64,000 nt of DNA from Gemmatimonadales bacterium. GTDB lineage: Bacteria > Gemmatimonadota > Gemmatimonadetes > Gemmatimonadales > GWC2-71-9. Shown here in pieces: positions 40,438 to 50,184 of this stretch. The position numbers and the translations under genes were made by a program. How positions within the stretch are numbered: position 1 is the first letter of the stretch; each line of letters opens with the position of its first letter. Below the pieces are notes generated by a model. That model was not told the origin of the DNA. It did no database searches and saw only the letters and a program-made list of their open reading frames with translations. The stretch covers positions 320,001 to 384,000 of the forward strand of contig JBBCJC010000001.1 of assembly GCA_037189525.1 (NCBI GenBank). Reading direction: 5' to 3'.

Positions 40438-41183
40438 GCCGTTCCTCCTCGGCGCAGTTCCTCCGCAAACCGATCGGGAAGATCACTCGTCAGGATTGCA
40501 CTTGCCGCTCTCTCCACCTCGTACTCGACGCGAATGAAATCGACCTCGAATCGCTCGGATCCGGCAGCGACGACGACATACCCAGCGCGCGGATCGCCGT
40601 CTTTCGGACGTCCCACGCTTCCCGCGTTGACATAGTGGACACCGTCGATAATGCGGTGCCAGGGCCGATGAGTATGTCCAAAAGCAATCAGGTCGCCGGC
40701 TCGCGCCCCGGCATGCGCAGCCATTTTCCGGCAGAAATCGTCCGGTCGATCCTCGGTCCAATACACCGTGTTGAGCATCGGGTTGCCGTGCACCAGAATG
40801 AGACGCTGACCTGCCGCATGACCACCTCGAATACTGACATCGATTCGAAAAGGCAGTGCCGCAAGACGCCGTTTCGTCTCGGCCGAGAGATGGCGTCTGG
40901 TCCAGTCGTAGCTCAGATGACTGGCCGCCTCCTGCTCAGGGTTCTCATAGCGGCAACCACAGTGCGAATGATCGAAAGCAACGGTGGAGTCGTAGTTCCC
41001 CGCGACACCAGCAATACCGCGTCGATCCAGCAATGCCACGACCTCGTTAGGCCACGGCGCATAGCCGACCAGGTCCCCGAGATGATAGATGACGGTATCG
41101 CGGTTCCGGCTGGCAATGTCGTCCAGCACGGCCTCCAATGCCGGGAGATTGGCATGAATATCCGAGATCAGCGTGTATCGCAC
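40434..41183 (-). CDS. Metallophosphoesterase (ars-cluster associated)
   Basis: ISDIHAN, LGDLVGY, GNYD, VHG, FGHTH and NAGSVGRPKDGD. Confidence 0.92.
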   Translation of the reverse strand: MRYTLISDIHANLPALEAVLDDIASRNRDTVIYHLGDLVGYAPWPNEVVALLDRRGIAGVAGNYDSTVAFDHSHCGCRYENPEQEAASHLSYDWTRRHLSAETKRRLAALPFRIDVSIRGGHAAGQRLILVHGNPMLNTVYWTEDRPDDFCRKMAAHAGARAGDLIAFGHTHRPWHRIIDGVHYVNAGSVGRPKDGDPRAGYVVVAAGSERFEVDFIRVEYEVERAASAILTSDLPDRFAEELRRGGTA

Positions 41184-41235
41184 CGGCCACCTCGAGTCCC
41201 GTTCGCGGAGTTTGACCGATTCGTGCCCGGTCGGT

Positions 41236-42120
41236 TCACACCTGACTGGCCGGCTTACACCCTCTGACAAAAGCCCCCATGACGCGCCCATCGACCTCAT
41301 GCGCCAGGCGGTCGGCATCGAGACCGGCACCGGCCAGGAAATCACGGGCGTCCTCGTACCGGTAGATCCGCGTCGGCTCGATCGACGTCTCCACGAACCC
41401 CGCCTCTGCCAGCAGCCGGTGAAAGGTGGTCTCTTCGAGAGCGCCAGCCACGCATCCAACCCACAGTTCCATGCTGCGACGAACGTCGGCCGGTACCTCG
41501 CCGCGAATCACCACGTCGGATACCGCAAAGCGACCGCCGGGACGGAGCACCCGAAACGCCTCCCGCAGGACACGCGCTTTGTCGCCCGAGAGATTGATGA
41601 CGCAGTTGGAGATGATTACGTCCACCGATGCATCGGGAAGGGGAATTTGTTCGATCTCGCCCTTCAGAAAGGTCACGTTGGTGACACCTGCTTCCCGCGC
41701 ATTGTCGCTCGCGAGGGCAAGCATCTCGTCCGTCATGTCGAGACCATACGCGTGCCCGGTCGGGCCAACTCGTCGAGCCGACAGCAGCACGTCGATCCCG
41801 CCGCCGGACCCGAGATCGAGCACCGTCTCACCCTGGCGCAGTTGGGCCAACGCCGTGGGGTTGCCACAACCGAGCGAGGCCTGGAGTGCTTGCGCCGGAA
41901 TCCCGGCCGTCTCACCCGTATCGTAGAGATTCGAGGTAATCGGATCGGCGCAGTCGGAGCCCGGCGCCGATCCGCAGCAACCGTGGAACTGGCCGGCTCG
42001 GACCCGCTGCGCCGCCGCACCATACTTGTCGCGCACCACAGTCCGGATTTGTCCCGCGTCGGCTGGCTTGTCGTCACAGCACCCCGGAGCGCAGCACGCA
42101 TCGGATGTCGAAAGATCCAC
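41236..42120 (-). CDS. arsM: Arsenite S-adenosylmethionine methyltransferase
   Basis: SLGCGNP, LDLGSGGGID, ISNCVINL, WVGCVAGAL and a Cys-rich N-terminus. Confidence 0.93.
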   Translation of the reverse strand: MDLSTSDACCAPGCCDDKPADAGQIRTVVRDKYGAAAQRVRAGQFHGCCGSAPGSDCADPITSNLYDTGETAGIPAQALQASLGCGNPTALAQLRQGETVLDLGSGGGIDVLLSARRVGPTGHAYGLDMTDEMLALASDNAREAGVTNVTFLKGEIEQIPLPDASVDVIISNCVINLSGDKARVLREAFRVLRPGGRFAVSDVVIRGEVPADVRRSMELWVGCVAGALEETTFHRLLAEAGFVETSIEPTRIYRYEDARDFLAGAGLDADRLAHEVDGRVMGAFVRGCKPASQV

Positions 42121-42131
42121 GGTTTCTCCTA

Positions 42132-42147
42132 ATCAAAAAATTTTGAT
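42132..42147. promoter_or_regulatory. ArsR operator upstream of arsM
   Basis: ATCAA-N6-TTGAT palindrome. Confidence 0.75.
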
Positions 42148-42166
42148 ATATAAGATCAAAAAAAAA

Positions 42167-42490
42167 TCAGCTACAACAACTCGAGCCGCCAGCGGATACC
42201 GCCGTGAAAGTCGGAGCCAGATCATCGAGCGCCAAGCGAAGCTCCTGAAGCGCCGCAGGCCGAATGGTGTAGTAGATCCACCGCCCGTCCCTTCGGTCGG
42301 TGACCAGTCCGGCATCCTTGAGAACCTTGAGGTGAAAGGAGAGCCTCGACTGGGCGGCATCCAGCACCCCGGTCAACTCGCAAACACACCGTTCTCCCCC
42401 GCGCAGCAGACCGAGAATCTGCAGGCGGGTCGGATCAGACAGAGCCTGAAACAGCCGGGCGGTTTCGACGGGGTCGCTGGTGGAGGTCAT
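42167..42490 (-). CDS. arsR: ArsR family repressor
   Basis: ALSDPTRLQIL, ERCVCEL, LSFHLKVLKDAGLV and C-terminal CC. Confidence 0.95.
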   Translation of the reverse strand: MTSTSDPVETARLFQALSDPTRLQILGLLRGGERCVCELTGVLDAAQSRLSFHLKVLKDAGLVTDRRDGRWIYYTIRPAALQELRLALDDLAPTFTAVSAGGSSCCS

Positions 42491-42497
42491 GGAATCA

Positions 42498-42525
42498 ATA
42501 ATATCAACAAAATTTGATTAGTCAA
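42498..42525 (-). promoter_or_regulatory. arsR promoter with overlapping operator
   Basis: TTGACT-16-TATTAT on the minus strand, ATCAA-N6-TTGAT at 42503-42518, and ATG 7 nt after the -10 (likely leaderless). Confidence 0.75.
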
Positions 42526-42541
42526 TCCGGGGAGCCCCTCC

Positions 42542-42580
42542 AACAAAAACACCGCCACCCACGATGCGGATGGCGGTGTT
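42542..42580 (-). terminator. Intrinsic terminator of the M48 gene
   Basis: AACACCGCCA...TGGCGGTGTT followed by TTTGTT on the minus strand. Confidence 0.75.
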
Positions 42581-42611
42581 ACCGGGAACCGGGCGTCGAG
42601 ACGCTATCGGC

Positions 42612-44060
42612 TCACTGCACCCGCTTGGCCATGGTGCCCGACTTGAGCATATCGGTCGGCGCATTGACGCCATTGATGTACGCAACGGCCGTGACCGATA
42701 CCGAGCTCGGATACTGGCGATGGAAGGCCTCCACTGTCATGTCCCGGGTCAGGCGCACCAGGCGGATCCGACTGGGCTGCTTGGCAAGCGCCGCCTGATC
42801 CGTCAACCGTCCGAAGCTCTGGATCGACTGGCTCAGCGCTCCCCGATACGACGCCCACTGCGCAGCCGGCGTGTAGCCGAGCAACTGAAAGGTGCTTCCT
42901 CCGTGAGACACATAGGTGATCCGTCCGATCACCGCCCCGCTCTCCGTCTGCGCCTGGAACTCCGCCGATGCGGCCGGCAGCCCGTTGATCGACGCGTTCG
43001 ACGTCGCCCCGGCCTGAATGCCCTGCTGGCCGAGAAACTGTGTCAGGGCCTGCGCGGGGGCCGTCTTGCCGGGCACACTGAGAACCACCATAGCATCCTG
43101 CGCGCTGCTCATGCCGACCACCGCCGCCGCCTGGTTCTGGGTCTGCCAGCCGCTCGGAAAGTCGAGCCGGAACGCCATGTCCGGGTGATTGAACCGGGTG
43201 CCCTCGAAGTAGCCATGACGGGGGTTCTCACCGTAGATGAGACCGTCCATCCGCTGGATGAAGGGATCCCGATTGAGCTTGGACTTGCTGAAGTCGACCG
43301 ATACCGTGGCCAGCCGTTCTTCGGTCTTGATGATCCGATTCTCCGGATCGGGGTGGGTCGACAGCCACTGCGGCAAGCGCCCCTCGGCGTTGGCACCTCC
43401 GCTCACGCGGCTCAGCATCGCAAACATGCTCTGCATCGCGCGGACGTCATACCCGTCGCCGAGCGCATACTTGAAGCCCAGGTCATCCGCCTGGGTTTCG
43501 GCATCCCGGCCGTACTTGAGAAACATCAGACCCAGCCCCTGGCTCGCGATGCCCGCGACGGCCGCGACTTCATTGCTCAGGATGCTGCCGACACCCAACA
43601 GACCCTGTGCCAGCTGCGTACGGGAAATCTGCTGCACGGAATGCTTGGCGGTGATGTGGCCGATCTCGTGGCCGAGCACCGACGCCAGCTCCGCTTCGTT
43701 CTGCATGAAGGCGAGGATGCCGCGCGTCACGAAGATGGGCCCGCCGGGCAGCGCAAAGGCGTTGACCGCGGCGTCATCGACCACTTCGAACGACCAGGGA
43801 AGATTGGGACGCTCCGACTCGCGGGCCAGCCGCATCCCGATGCCCCGGACATATTCCTGCAGCGCGGCATCCTGGACCAGGCCCATCGACTGCCGGACCT
43901 CCTCGGCGCCCTGCTGCCCCATCGCGATCTCTTGGGATTCGGACACGAAGGAGAGTTCGCGCCGGCCGGTCACCGGGTTGGTCGCGCAGGCGCCGGTAAA
44001 ACCGGCCAGAACGGTCGCCAGCACGGCTGTACGTACCAGGCTTCCACTCAACAGCATCAT
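42612..44060 (-). CDS. M48 family metalloprotease lipoprotein
   Basis: ACATNPVTG, NAFALPGG, HEIGH, ETQAD and STHP. Confidence 0.93.
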   Translation of the reverse strand: MMLLSGSLVRTAVLATVLAGFTGACATNPVTGRRELSFVSESQEIAMGQQGAEEVRQSMGLVQDAALQEYVRGIGMRLARESERPNLPWSFEVVDDAAVNAFALPGGPIFVTRGILAFMQNEAELASVLGHEIGHITAKHSVQQISRTQLAQGLLGVGSILSNEVAAVAGIASQGLGLMFLKYGRDAETQADDLGFKYALGDGYDVRAMQSMFAMLSRVSGGANAEGRLPQWLSTHPDPENRIIKTEERLATVSVDFSKSKLNRDPFIQRMDGLIYGENPRHGYFEGTRFNHPDMAFRLDFPSGWQTQNQAAAVVGMSSAQDAMVVLSVPGKTAPAQALTQFLGQQGIQAGATSNASINGLPAASAEFQAQTESGAVIGRITYVSHGGSTFQLLGYTPAAQWASYRGALSQSIQSFGRLTDQAALAKQPSRIRLVRLTRDMTVEAFHRQYPSSVSVTAVAYINGVNAPTDMLKSGTMAKRVQ

Positions 44061-44204
44061 CGGTTCGACTCCCTCGGGATTGGTCGACTTCGGGTGGACC
44101 GGATATCTATCTTTCAGACGTTCGCTTGACGGCCGCCAGACACATCCGTTGGTTATGATCGCAACCCGCGACGACGGCGGCAAGGCCCCCACAGGGAGAA
44201 CCGT

Positions 44205-44723
44205 ATGGCCCGATTCGGATGGCTGCTCACGCTCGCCGGCCTGCTCTGGCACCCCGCCGGCGCCGCTGCCCAGGAGGCGACCACGGTGTTCGTGGTCCGC
44301 CACGCGGAACGCGCCTCGGGCGAGGCCGACTCGCCGCTGAGCGACATCGGACGGACTCGGGCCACCGCCCTGGCCCATACCCTCTCCGCCGCCCGGATCA
44401 CCGCGATCTTCACGTCACAGTTCAAGCGCACCCAGGAAACCGCCGCGCCGCTGGCCGCCGCGACCGGCGTGACGGCGCAGACGGTCGACGCGCGCGACCA
44501 GGAGGCACTGGTCAAGGCCATTGCGGCCCTGCCGGCCGGCAGTCGCGTGCTGGTGGTGAGTCACAGCAATCTGGTGCCGGTCATCGTGACCCGGCTGTCC
44601 GGTCAGCCCGTTCCGGAGATGACAGAAGCGGAATTCGACTGGCTCTATCAGGTCGCGATGGTGTCGCCGGGCAAGGGCGCCGTCATCCCGCTCCGCTTTG
44701 GCGGGCCCTCAGGGGCGCATTAG
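44205..44723 (+). CDS. Histidine phosphatase family protein, secreted
   Basis: VVRHAE, RTQETA, VVSHSN and a signal peptide. Confidence 0.9.
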   Translation: MARFGWLLTLAGLLWHPAGAAAQEATTVFVVRHAERASGEADSPLSDIGRTRATALAHTLSAARITAIFTSQFKRTQETAAPLAAATGVTAQTVDARDQEALVKAIAALPAGSRVLVVSHSNLVPVIVTRLSGQPVPEMTEAEFDWLYQVAMVSPGKGAVIPLRFGGPSGAH

Positions 44724-45906
44724 TCCACCCGGGCCGGCCCGCCACTCGGCGCGGATCGGCCTTGCCCAGCAAGGCGAGCACATAGGCGCGCTGCCGCCAG
44801 AAGAGCAGCGCGCCGATCCAGACGGCAAAACCGAACAGGAGCGCTTCGATCAGGCTCGCGCCATGTTCGGGAGAGAAGCCGCGCAGTCCGACCAGCACCA
44901 TCCCAGCCACAGCGCTTGCTGCGAAGGTTCTCGCTCGCCCGATCAGCGCCCGGTCCGCAGCCCGGCTCCGAATCTCCGCCGCGGCGTATCCGATCACACT
45001 GCAGGCCGCCATCAGCTCCAGCAGCCGCAGGATCCCGGCATTGCCCAATTCGCGGACCGGATGGCTGGGCAGGACTCCGCCCTCCCAGACCGGAGTCAGG
45101 TCGACCACCGGCCAGAGGGCCACGCAGAGCAGATAGACGCCGAACGGGCCTAGAGCCCGCCGGACCGTGGGCACTTCGTACCGTCGCCCGTCCGATTCGG
45201 CCCGGGTCAGGTACTCGCCCAGGAGCAGGACGCCCAGCGCCACCAGCAGCGAACACCCGACCAGAAAGACCGGCTCACGAAACCACCCCGGCGCCAGCCC
45301 GATGGCAAAGAGCACCCCGCCCGACAGCGCCACGACGGTCTTGGGCACGCCCCGCGGTATCAGATGATGCCGCGCGACCGACGCGAGGATGACCGCCACG
45401 CCCAATCCGACCAGGCCCAGGAGCCAGCGGCGGACCGGATCGCCATCGTCGGCCAATCCCGACAGCCAGAGTAACGGAATGGTGAGATACACGAGCCCCA
45501 TGAGCGGCAGGTCGAGGGCCAGCACCCCGACCCGGGAATTGCGCATCAGAACCCGCCGAATGGCGTGGTAGACGAGCCCGCCCAGCCAGGCGCCGGTGGT
45601 GTTGGTGACCAGATCGACCAGCGAGGGCGACCGCGCCGGGAGCAGCTGCTGCAGCAACTCGACCGACAGGCTGAGCCCGGCCCCAACCAGCACGGGCTGC
45701 CAGCGCCCGGCAAAGGCCACGACGAACCCCAGCGGAACGAAGAGAGCGATGTTCTGCACCACGTCGGCCACGGTCGCAAAACCGATCAGCCGAAATCCGG
45801 ACGGCCGCTCGAAACCGAACGGCACCAGGGTTACGACAATGATGACGACGACGAGATACCAGGTGAGGGCCAACCCGAGCCGGCGTTGGGTTCGATCGAT
45901 TGTCAC
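44683..45906 (-). CDS. VanZ family multi-pass membrane protein
   Basis: NIALFVPLG, SVELLQ, RSPSLVDLVTNTTG and many TMs. The 3' end overlaps the convergent gene by 41 bp. Confidence 0.8.
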   Translation of the reverse strand: MTIDRTQRRLGLALTWYLVVVIIVVTLVPFGFERPSGFRLIGFATVADVVQNIALFVPLGFVVAFAGRWQPVLVGAGLSLSVELLQQLLPARSPSLVDLVTNTTGAWLGGLVYHAIRRVLMRNSRVGVLALDLPLMGLVYLTIPLLWLSGLADDGDPVRRWLLGLVGLGVAVILASVARHHLIPRGVPKTVVALSGGVLFAIGLAPGWFREPVFLVGCSLLVALGVLLLGEYLTRAESDGRRYEVPTVRRALGPFGVYLLCVALWPVVDLTPVWEGGVLPSHPVRELGNAGILRLLELMAACSVIGYAAAEIRSRAADRALIGRARTFAASAVAGMVLVGLRGFSPEHGASLIEALLFGFAVWIGALLFWRQRAYVLALLGKADPRRVAGRPGWTNAPLRARQSGAG

Positions 45907-45980
45907 GACTACCCTTGGGCGCAAGACACTACGGCGGAACCTGTCGAAGTATCGGCGCCGGAGGGCTGCGACTTGAGGGG

Positions 45981-47963
45981 TCAGCGCGCCAATTCGACCA
46001 ATGTCTGGTTGGTCCCCATGGCCAGGAGCGAACCGGCGGGGGTCTTGGTAAGGCCGACCAGGAAGACATCGGTCACAGGAGGGAGAGCGGTCCAGCGAGA
46101 CCCGTTGAACCGCAGCATGACGCCCTCGTGACCCACGGCGTAGTATTCGGTCGGACCGACCGTGGCCACGGCCCGGAGTTCGATGTCGGTAGGCGTCGGC
46201 ACCGGATACCAGCTGTGCCCGTCGAAACGGAGGGCGACCCCCGCCTCACCGACGGCCACGACATCCCGTGAGCTGGTCCCAACCACCGATCGCAGCCGCA
46301 GGAAAGTCGGCGCCGCCATCCGCTCCCAGGTCTCGCCGCGGTAGCGCAGCACGACGCCACTGTCGCCCACGGCAAAGACGTCTCGGCCGTTCACGCCCCA
46401 GATGTGACGGATGAAGGCGGTGGTGGGCGTCGCATGCAGCCGCCAGACCCCGCCGACCCGCTGGATGATGGTGCCGCGATCGCCCGCGGCAAAAACGGCA
46501 TCGGGGTCGGTCGCATCTGCCCAGACCGACCGCATCAACATCCGGGTGGGCGTCGGTTCGATCTGCCACTCCTCGCCGCGCTTGCTGAGCGCCATCCCGC
46601 TGTCGCCGACCACCAGGAGATCGCCGGAGGCGGTCTGCACCATCCCGTACAGATCGCGTCGAAGAAGCGGACCGACCCGCTCGAAGCCAGTGCCGGTCCG
46701 GCGCAGCAGCGTCCCGGCCCCGCCGGCCAGATAGAGCCGTCCATCCGCACCAACCGCCGACGCCGTCAGCAGCGGCGACGACTGCGAGAGCCGCCACCCG
46801 CCGGTCGATCGGGTCATGATGGTGCCGGCCCAGGCGACCGTCCAGAGCGTCCCGGACGGATCGAAGGCCGCCGCGCGCAGGTTCTCCAGCGTGGCCTGCT
46901 GGGGCGCCTGGGTCCAGGCAATGCCGTTGAAGCTGATCACCGCTCCCGTATTGCCGACCACGACGATGTCGCCCCGGTTCCGGCCCGCGATGGCAAAAAA
47001 ATCGGCCTTACTCGGCACGGGAACCTGTCGCCACGCCGTGCCGTCATAGTGGAGGACGGTGCCGCGGATCCCGACCGCAAAGACGTCGACCGGCGAGGTA
47101 CCCCAGAGGCCGAACAGCACCAGATGCGTCGGCGTTTCCATCATCCGCCAGGTGTTGCCGTCCCAGGTCTGGATCTCGCCGTTTTGCCCGCTGGTGAAGA
47201 GCTGATCCGGCGCCGTACCCCACACCGCCCAGAGCTCGGACGACTCGACACCCGGCATGGAACGCCAGGCACCCTCCTCCCGCGCAAACGCTACTTGCGC
47301 ACCAACGATGTAGACGTGATCGGCATCGAGGCCCCAGACATCCAGCAGCGCCTGCTCCGTCTCGAGCGAGAAGGCCCGCCAGGCTTGGCCATCGTAGTGG
47401 ATGGCCGCCCCACGCGCACCGACCGCATAGACATCGGTGGCCGAACTGCCCCATACCGCGGTGAGGTCCGCCGTGATCGGCGTCTCCATCTTCTGCCAGC
47501 TCTGCCCCGCATCCCGGGTCACCAGCACGACCCCGTCGGCGCCGACCGCAAAGATGGTGGACGCATCGGCGGCCCAAACACCGAGCAAGCTGGCATCGGT
47601 CAGTCCCTGCGCAGCGAGCGTTGCCTGGCGCGACGCGATGGGAGCCCGAACCTCGATTGCCGCGGTCCGGCGGCCGACTCGAAACGACGCCTCGAGATCG
47701 GTACGGCCCGGAGCGAGCGCCACCATCCGCGCCCCGGACAGGCCTAACACACCCGGATCCGAGACCCGCAAACTCATCGGTTGGCTGGGCTCGGCGCGCA
47801 ACGTCATGGTGTCGCCGGTCTCGAGCCAGAGCGCGGCGGGGAGCAGGGTCGGCACCACGTCGGGCAGCGGCGACCCGTCGGGTGCGGTAGGCTCGCGATC
47901 GAGACATCCGCCGAGCGTGAGCAGACACCACACCAGGACACCGGACCGTCGCATGCGCCTCAC
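45981..47963 (-). CDS. Lipoprotein with an Ig-like segment and 14 beta-propeller repeats
   Basis: Lipobox LGGC and 14 repeats of about 40 aa, L.xVWG.S..DVfAVG..G.il.ydG..W. Confidence 0.85.
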   Translation of the reverse strand: MRRMRRSGVLVWCLLTLGGCLDREPTAPDGSPLPDVVPTLLPAALWLETGDTMTLRAEPSQPMSLRVSDPGVLGLSGARMVALAPGRTDLEASFRVGRRTAAIEVRAPIASRQATLAAQGLTDASLLGVWAADASTIFAVGADGVVLVTRDAGQSWQKMETPITADLTAVWGSSATDVYAVGARGAAIHYDGQAWRAFSLETEQALLDVWGLDADHVYIVGAQVAFAREEGAWRSMPGVESSELWAVWGTAPDQLFTSGQNGEIQTWDGNTWRMMETPTHLVLFGLWGTSPVDVFAVGIRGTVLHYDGTAWRQVPVPSKADFFAIAGRNRGDIVVVGNTGAVISFNGIAWTQAPQQATLENLRAAAFDPSGTLWTVAWAGTIMTRSTGGWRLSQSSPLLTASAVGADGRLYLAGGAGTLLRRTGTGFERVGPLLRRDLYGMVQTASGDLLVVGDSGMALSKRGEEWQIEPTPTRMLMRSVWADATDPDAVFAAGDRGTIIQRVGGVWRLHATPTTAFIRHIWGVNGRDVFAVGDSGVVLRYRGETWERMAAPTFLRLRSVVGTSSRDVVAVGEAGVALRFDGHSWYPVPTPTDIELRAVATVGPTEYYAVGHEGVMLRFNGSRWTALPPVTDVFLVGLTKTPAGSLLAMGTNQTLVELAR

Positions 47964-48826
47964 GCCAGTTTGCGCTCCAGCCGTGCCAGCGCGGACCGGA
48001 TCAGACGGTCGGTGACCCGGTCCGGCAGGAATCGGGTCAGGGTCGCGCGCAGCTTAGCGTCCGTACCGACCAGATAGCGGGTCCGCGGCCGCTCGGCGCG
48101 CAGGGCGTCGACCACCGCATCGACCACGGCCTCAGGCAGCACCCCGCGCCGATCGTTGAGTTCGAGCAATTTGCCCAGGAAGCGCAACTTGGCGCCGTAG
48201 CGCGCCTCGGCGTCGGGCGGCATCGGCGTGGCCGAGGCGAGCGCATCGAGTCCCTTCTGCCAGATCGGGGTACGTACGGCGCCGGGTTCGATGACGACGA
48301 CCTCGATCCCCTCCGGCGCCAGTTCGAGCCGCAACCCGTCCGTCAGCGCTTCGACGGCGAATTTGGACATGCTGTACGGCGCCACGAAGGGCGTGACCGT
48401 CTTGCCGGCAATCGACCCGATATTGACGATCCGCCCGCGAGCTTTCCTGAGCAGAGGAATCACCGCCTGCGTCACCGCCAGGAGGCCGAACACGTTGACC
48501 TCGAAGAGACGTCTCACCTCGGCCAGCGGAACGACCTCGAGCGGACCGCCGCCCGCCACGCCGGCATTATTGATGAGGCCCGCGAGGCCGGCGTCGCCGA
48601 CCCGGGCGCCGATCTGCGAGATCGCGGCCGCAATCTGATCGGCATCGGTCACATCGAGTGCGATCGGCTCGAGCCGCGACGATGCCCCCGATCGCAGCCG
48701 ATCGGCGTCCGAGGCTTTCCGTACCCCGGCAAACACCGTGAACCCCTGACGATCCAGCTCGAGCGCACAGGCCGCGCCGATCCCGGTCGAGGCACCTGTC
48801 ACGAGTACGGCGGGATGGGTTACCAT
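47960..48826 (-). CDS. SDR family oxidoreductase
   Basis: TGASTGIG, NNAG and YSMSK (YxxxK). Confidence 0.95.
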   Translation of the reverse strand: MVTHPAVLVTGASTGIGAACALELDRQGFTVFAGVRKASDADRLRSGASSRLEPIALDVTDADQIAAAISQIGARVGDAGLAGLINNAGVAGGGPLEVVPLAEVRRLFEVNVFGLLAVTQAVIPLLRKARGRIVNIGSIAGKTVTPFVAPYSMSKFAVEALTDGLRLELAPEGIEVVVIEPGAVRTPIWQKGLDALASATPMPPDAEARYGAKLRFLGKLLELNDRRGVLPEAVVDAVVDALRAERPRTRYLVGTDAKLRATLTRFLPDRVTDRLIRSALARLERKLA

Positions 48827-48990
48827 CTGCGGAATCTAGCCGAGCCGGCGGCCCCGCCGCTCGAAATCCCGACCCCAGGCCCAACTCACGAAACCGAAGG
48901 TGTGTCACTATCGTACGAGGCACGTCGCCCGCGGACGCGGGTGCCCGAAGTTCTCACGGCCAGATCAGCCCCGACTCAAGGAGTTTCCCG

Positions 48991-50133
48991 ATGCGTCGTG
49001 TCCCGCGACTCGGCATCGTTGCAGCGCTCACCCTCGTCCTGGCCGCACCGGTTGTGGCGCAGACGGGGCGTTTCGATCTCGAACGAACCAAGACGGTCCT
49101 GTCCGGGATGATCGAACAGATCATCAAGGAACGCGGGGTGCCGTCGATTTCGATCGCCCTGGTTCGCGGGGACTCGATCGTCTGGAAAGCGGCCTTCGGT
49201 TACGCCAACGTCCGGACCAAGACGGCCGCCACGCCCGAGACGATCTACAGCACCGGCTCGACCTTCAAGGCCGCGACGGCCACGGCCATCATGCAGTTGG
49301 TCGAGCAGGGGAAATTGCAGCTCGATCACCCGGTCAACCGTTATCTCGGCGACGACCGGATCCAGGACCGGCTCCAGAGTGAAAAGCCGGTCACCTTCAC
49401 CCACATCCTCTCCCATTGGTCGGGGCTGACGCCCGGCGCCGTCACCAAGCCGATCTGGGGACGCGAGCTGCCCAAGACGCTCGGCGCCATGACCAACACG
49501 CTCTACTCGATCCGAGCCCCGGAAACCAAGTACGAGTACAACAATTTCGCGTACGGCATGGCGGGACTCCTGATCGAAAAGATCTCCGGCGTCGAGTACG
49601 AGCAGTACATGGTGAACAACCTGCTCAAGCCGCTGGGCGTCGCGATCGCCAATCCGATCACGCCCTCACCGGAAATGGTCGAGCTGATGGCCCTGCCCTA
49701 CCTGCCCGGCGGCGCCAGCGGCAAGCCTCGGCCCGTTGCCCAGGTGCACTTCGACGTCTACCCGGCCGGCGACGTGTACCTGACGGCCGAGGACATGGCC
49801 AAGTTCCTGGCGATGCATTTGAACGACGGGATGTATCGCGGCAAGCGAATCATCTCGGAGGCCTCCGCCCGGAAGATGCGGGAGCCACAATTCGGCGGGA
49901 GCTATGGCTTTGGCTTCGGGATTCAGAAGGATTCGACCAACGGCAACACCCTGATCCTCCACAGCGGCGGCATCCCGGGACAGAGTTCGTGGATGATCGG
50001 CGACGTAGACGCCAAGGTCGGGGTCTACTACATGTCCAACTCCGGCGCGCCGGTCGGACTCGGCATGGCCGCCATTCGGTTGCTGCGCGGCGAGAACTAC
50101 GTCCCGCCGGCGCCCGGCAGCAACCGCGACTGA
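48991..50133 (+). CDS. Serine hydrolase, beta-lactamase class C-like
   Basis: STFK, YNN, HSG, a signal peptide and SD AAGGAG. Confidence 0.9.
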   Translation: MRRVPRLGIVAALTLVLAAPVVAQTGRFDLERTKTVLSGMIEQIIKERGVPSISIALVRGDSIVWKAAFGYANVRTKTAATPETIYSTGSTFKAATATAIMQLVEQGKLQLDHPVNRYLGDDRIQDRLQSEKPVTFTHILSHWSGLTPGAVTKPIWGRELPKTLGAMTNTLYSIRAPETKYEYNNFAYGMAGLLIEKISGVEYEQYMVNNLLKPLGVAIANPITPSPEMVELMALPYLPGGASGKPRPVAQVHFDVYPAGDVYLTAEDMAKFLAMHLNDGMYRGKRIISEASARKMREPQFGGSYGFGFGIQKDSTNGNTLILHSGGIPGQSSWMIGDVDAKVGVYYMSNSGAPVGLGMAAIRLLRGENYVPPAPGSNRD

Positions 50134-50144
50134 TCAATGTGCTC

Positions 50145-50176
50145 CCGACCGGGGCGGATGGTGTCGCCCCGGTCGG
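50145..50176. terminator. Hairpin between convergent genes
   Basis: CCGACCGGGGCG-N8-CGCCCCGGTCGG with perfect 12-bp arms. No clear U tract. Confidence 0.6.
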
Positions 50177-50184
50177 CTCGAGCG

